Assembly: GCA_000708835.1 (NCBI GenBank)
Contig: DF237381.1
Span: 1-64,000 of the forward strand
Source: Klebsormidium nitens
Lineage: Eukaryota; Plantae; Klebsormidiophyceae
Length of the DNA: 64,000 bases
Direction of reading: 5' to 3'
In this document: piece after piece, positions 60,701-64,000 of the stretch
How the letters are laid out: every line of letters begins with the position of its first letter
How positions within the stretch are numbered: position 1 is the stretch's first letter
The notes under the pieces: model-generated
Databases searched by the model: none
Told to the model about the DNA's origin: nothing
What the model saw: only the letters and a program-made list of their open reading frames with translations
Position numbers and translations under genes: made by a program

Positions 60701-63700
60701 TGGTGGGCCGAAAGGGATGCAGAGGTTGTAGAAAAGACTTGGCCAGTGTTTGAGGTTGGAGAAAGCGTGTCCAAGTCCTTTGACGGATAACAGTAGCTCT
60801 TTTAGAGGGCTCGACATTGTAACGGCCACTGCTGTCTCCAAGTGACCCTCTGCCTCACATATGGAATCAGACTGTTGACTCAACCGTTGTGAGGCAGAAG
60901 ATTTGTGCCCGATCTGACAAACATCCGTCCCACTTCAGGTTTGGGAGCCACGCGCCCCCTGGCCCTCCGCCCAAGCCGGACGACTGGTACAAGAAGATCC
61001 TGGCAATGGACTTCTTCAGAGTTGTGGGTACGGAGGATGCAGACGAAGGGCTGGCCAGGCCCCCCAACGAAGGGACTGACCGCCTGGTGCAGGTAAGCCT
61101 GCGCATATGTTCGCGTTCTCACAGCTTGCTTTTCAGAGTCGTTTAATCTATCACTTCTGGAATCGAGGCGCCGCTTAAGAGCAGCTACAAAAGGGAGTTG
61201 ATCTTGAGCCTTTTTGAACGTCTGCGGTTGCAGGGTGGAGACCTTTTCCAGAGCAGGTAATGGCAACGCTTTTCCCGATTGATTGCGTGTCAGAATGCAG
61301 GCAGAGGAGAGGCATCTGGGTGCTTTCGCTGCAGGGCTGGCGTCTCAGCCTCTCTATTCCTCACCCTAATTCTCCTACGCTTTGCTTTCCTTACCCCAAA
61401 TTGCCGCCCAATATGACCAGGTGATCAACGCCGAGTATCCTTTGCGCAGGTGCCCGACAGATTCGAGTCCGCTTCGCAGTACGCCCAGGTGTTCCGCCCG
61501 CTGCTCATGGAGGAGTTCAAAGCGCAGCTGCAGAGAGTGCACGACGAGTCGGGGTCGAGCTCTAACTCGGAGGTGAGGTTCTTTTCCCAGGAAACTTGAT
61601 TGTCTTCTTGTGGACCTGCTTTTTTATTGGAAGAGCCCGCCGAGACGCAGAGCGAAAGAGAACTTCCAAGGATCTTAGCATTGCTCTCATGCCTTCTTCA
61701 AGCCGGGGCAGTCGTGAATCTGCTTTTGAAGTCGGAAGGTGAGGATTTGCATGCAAGCACTAGAGGTGGGAGGCTTCGAAAGGAGCAGGGCTTCACAAGC
61801 TGGAAACCATTGAGAAATCCCTTCCTTACAAGCTGACTTCAATATCGAAAGAGTAGAACCATAGGTGGCTTCGAGCAGACTGTGACAGTCATTCTGGCCC
61901 TTCAAGGTTGTATCCGTGTCCGAATTTTCGATCGAAACCCAACGATTTGTGCTGGGTCAGCCAGTTTCTGCACCTCTGACGCACTCGCTTGATGCTTGAC
62001 TTAACGATCTTCAAACAGAGACTTCCGTGCACACTCCTAGTATACTCCCTTGCAGATCCAAACCCCGATTGGTTCTGTTCTCTGCAGATGCTGGAGGTTG
62101 GGCACTTCAAGCTGCTGAGCCTCGCCCGGCGCGACGACTTTTGGGACGCTAACTTTGTCGCGGGAGAGGACGCGGAGCGGAACGTGCGGGAGTGCAGCGA
62201 GCTGGACCTGCTGCTGCTGACGAAGCACGCGCCCTCCAAGGGGGATCCCTCTAGGATCCACGTCTTAGCAAAGGTAATAATGCTCTCTAAGTCGAGTGAG
62301 ATGAGAGAACCCTATGATGGCAATTTGAAATACGGTCACAAGTCTCGTCAAAAAGCTGACATTAGCAATAAGAATAAAAAGCGTTGCCGTATTTTCATTT
62401 TGAGGGCCGTGTCACTTCCAACCGGCAATGAGATGGTCATTCGCCCGACAGTCATCACCACCTTGAAAATCCAGCCGGTATTTCGGCTTCGGCTAAACTT
62501 TTTACAAACTTGACATCCATGGAGTAGGCTGTTCAAAGATTGCTGTAAAAACCTGTTCATAAACGTGTAGCTCTGAACATACCAGCAGGCGCAATCAGCA
62601 CGACATCAAAGGCCAGCCTCGACACTGAACTATTATCGTATTGAAGGTAAAAATGTGAACGGGCTTGGATATCACCTTGAATATCGAAAGCATTGCATCA
62701 CAGAGAATTTCAACCCTTTCGAATCTGAGAGGCGCGACCAGAACGGCAGCAAGGGCCAGCGGTGGCAGTAAACCGTTTTCTGTACCTGGATCTTTAAAAT
62801 GGCTTTACGTACCCTCCTGTTAACCCCTCTACGTTCCGCAGGTCGACAGGCGCGACCAGCGCGATAGTAAGGGCCAGCGACGGCAGTGCACGGTTCTGGT
62901 GCTGAAGCTGTTTCTGCCCATCAACGAGCCCCGCCTGCTGAAGGTGAAGCAGCTGCTGACGGACGGCTCCAAGTGGCACGCCACCAAGCTCTTCAGCATG
63001 GTGCCGCAAATGCGCGAGTTCCAGGTGAGGAGTGGTTTTTGTCTCTGAAATTACGCTTGCTGACGTCACATACGTCAATGAAAGATCAAGTGGCACGCCA
63101 CCAAGCTCTTCAGCATGGTGCCGCAGATGCGCGAATTCCAGGTGAGGGGAATGGTTTTGTCTTTTTCTTTGTCTTTGTCACCCACGCTTTCTGACGGCAT
63201 TTGTGACGTCACGTACATTCATGAGAATTCAGGTGGTCAAACTTTGGGCATGTTCAGCATGCTGCCGCGGATGCGCGAGATCAAGGTGAGGGGGATAATT
63301 CTGTCTTTCAAGACCCATTCTTGCTTACGTCACGTACGTTCATGAGAGTTCAGGTGGTCAAAGCGTCAGCATATCGAGCACGGTGCCGCTGATGCGCGAG
63401 GTCCAGGTCAGGATTGGGCTAGCTGAGCGGCCTTTGTAGGATCTTACTTGATTTTGCACCCGCTGAAGTATTTTCAGAGGCAATGCGGGGTTTGAAGGCA
63501 GAGTGTACTGGCGAATCTGACCGACCCCTGGCCGACACGACATTTAAGTAGCAAGCCAATAGGTGAAAAGGAACTCCTGTCACTAACTATTCCAAGGCCC
63601 AGATTGTTGGCAGGAGTTCGGGAAGCCATGTTTGCGCTTGCACGAACGCTCTGATCATGAGAAAGTGGCCGGACTCAGGAACGCTTCGCTGATTAATTGG

Positions 63701-64000
63701 CCCCTTTGCCATCACCTGAAAGCTTCCAACTTCTTGCAAGCCCCTGCTTTCCCTGCGGGTTGCAACTGATTAGTCTGCTGGCAACCCTTTGTGGTGAACT
63801 GTGCTGTGCCTCAACCTGTATCTCGGTGAATGCTTACTGGCAACTTGTCTCCCCCCCTGCAGGCCATGTCTGCCTTCCACACACTCCCCATGGTGTCAAC
63901 CCTCCTCAACCCTTCCTCAGCAAAGCCCCGTTCCAACTCCTCGAACCCTTCCGCCATTAGAAAGCTCCCCGAACCCCTCCAGAAACATCTCCTGAGCCGC
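48751..64000 (+). CDS. SEN1: Senataxin/SEN1-like RNA-DNA helicase (At1g16800-type): N-terminal domain and start of helicase region; truncated by the window end
   Basis: Exons include 48751-48893, 49595-49792, 51270-51453, 52293-52489, 52996-53196, 53575-53726, 54187-54317, 54728-54856, 55298-55950, one starting at 56533, about 58450-58917, about 59300-60525, about 60940-61092, 61451-61572, 62089-62274, 62842-63024 and 63862 onward. Recalled matches to plant SEN1: RAKEQWFLDALLFL...ESFYHYY...CDSCV; LWLGLST; RGYTLVPPMPP; PDRFESASQYAQVFRPLLMEEFKAQLQ; WHATKLFSMVPQMREFQAM. The P-loop motifs lie beyond the window. Confidence 0.88.
50270..51269 (+). repeat. Five to six acceptor echoes of SEN1 exon 3
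   Basis: GCAG|GTCCAAGGAGGAA-like copies at 50575, 50767, 50928 and 51098, plus fainter ones near 50400 and 50280; the true exon starts at 51270. Confidence 0.88.
51860..52292 (+). repeat. Three acceptor echoes of SEN1 exon 4
   Basis: AG|GTGCTCAA[CT].AC.CTGC.[AG]TCCT.G..GA[CT]GCAGA..T.GACCGAC at 51878, 52002 and 52150; the true exon starts at 52293. Confidence 0.93.
62580..63415 (+). repeat. Echoes on both sides of SEN1 exon 62842-63024
   Basis: Upstream copies near 62585 and 62730; donor echoes ending at 63141, 63285 and 63406 (...ATGCGCGA..TC.AG|GT.AGG). Confidence 0.9.

Overview
Eukaryotic, intron-rich genomic DNA with GT-AG introns, GC-rich exons and one 572-N gap. The gene content (SLT1, MASP1-like LRR, plant SEN1, plastid-type LETM1-like) suggests a streptophyte alga such as Klebsormidium; this is inference. 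Eight protein-coding genes could be built by hand with phase-consistent splice sites: MASP1-like LRR protein (+), LEA_2/NHL protein (-), SLT1 (+), calmodulin-like protein (-), DUF900-type alpha/beta hydrolase (-), an unknown two-TM protein with possible DEG/ENaC-like motifs (+), LETM1-like protein (-) and a senataxin/SEN1-like helicase (+) running off the right end. The dominant unexplained structure is what I call 'exon-edge echoes'. At least 15 splice junctions in six genes have 1-6 tandem, mostly 105-195 bp, degenerate copies of the junction in the adjacent intron. Acceptor plus exon-head copies lie upstream and exon-tail plus donor copies lie downstream. Many keep AG/GT, and their differences from the true exon are skewed towards synonymous changes (15 synonymous vs 2 non-synonymous in the clearest case, hand count). 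Two small mobile elements are also present: a 273-bp TG...CA element with a 5-bp TSD, a tRNA-like core and an 82-bp palindrome, and a 198-bp MITE-like element with a G-quadruplex/TTAGGG core. No CRISPR array, rRNA or intact tRNA was found.
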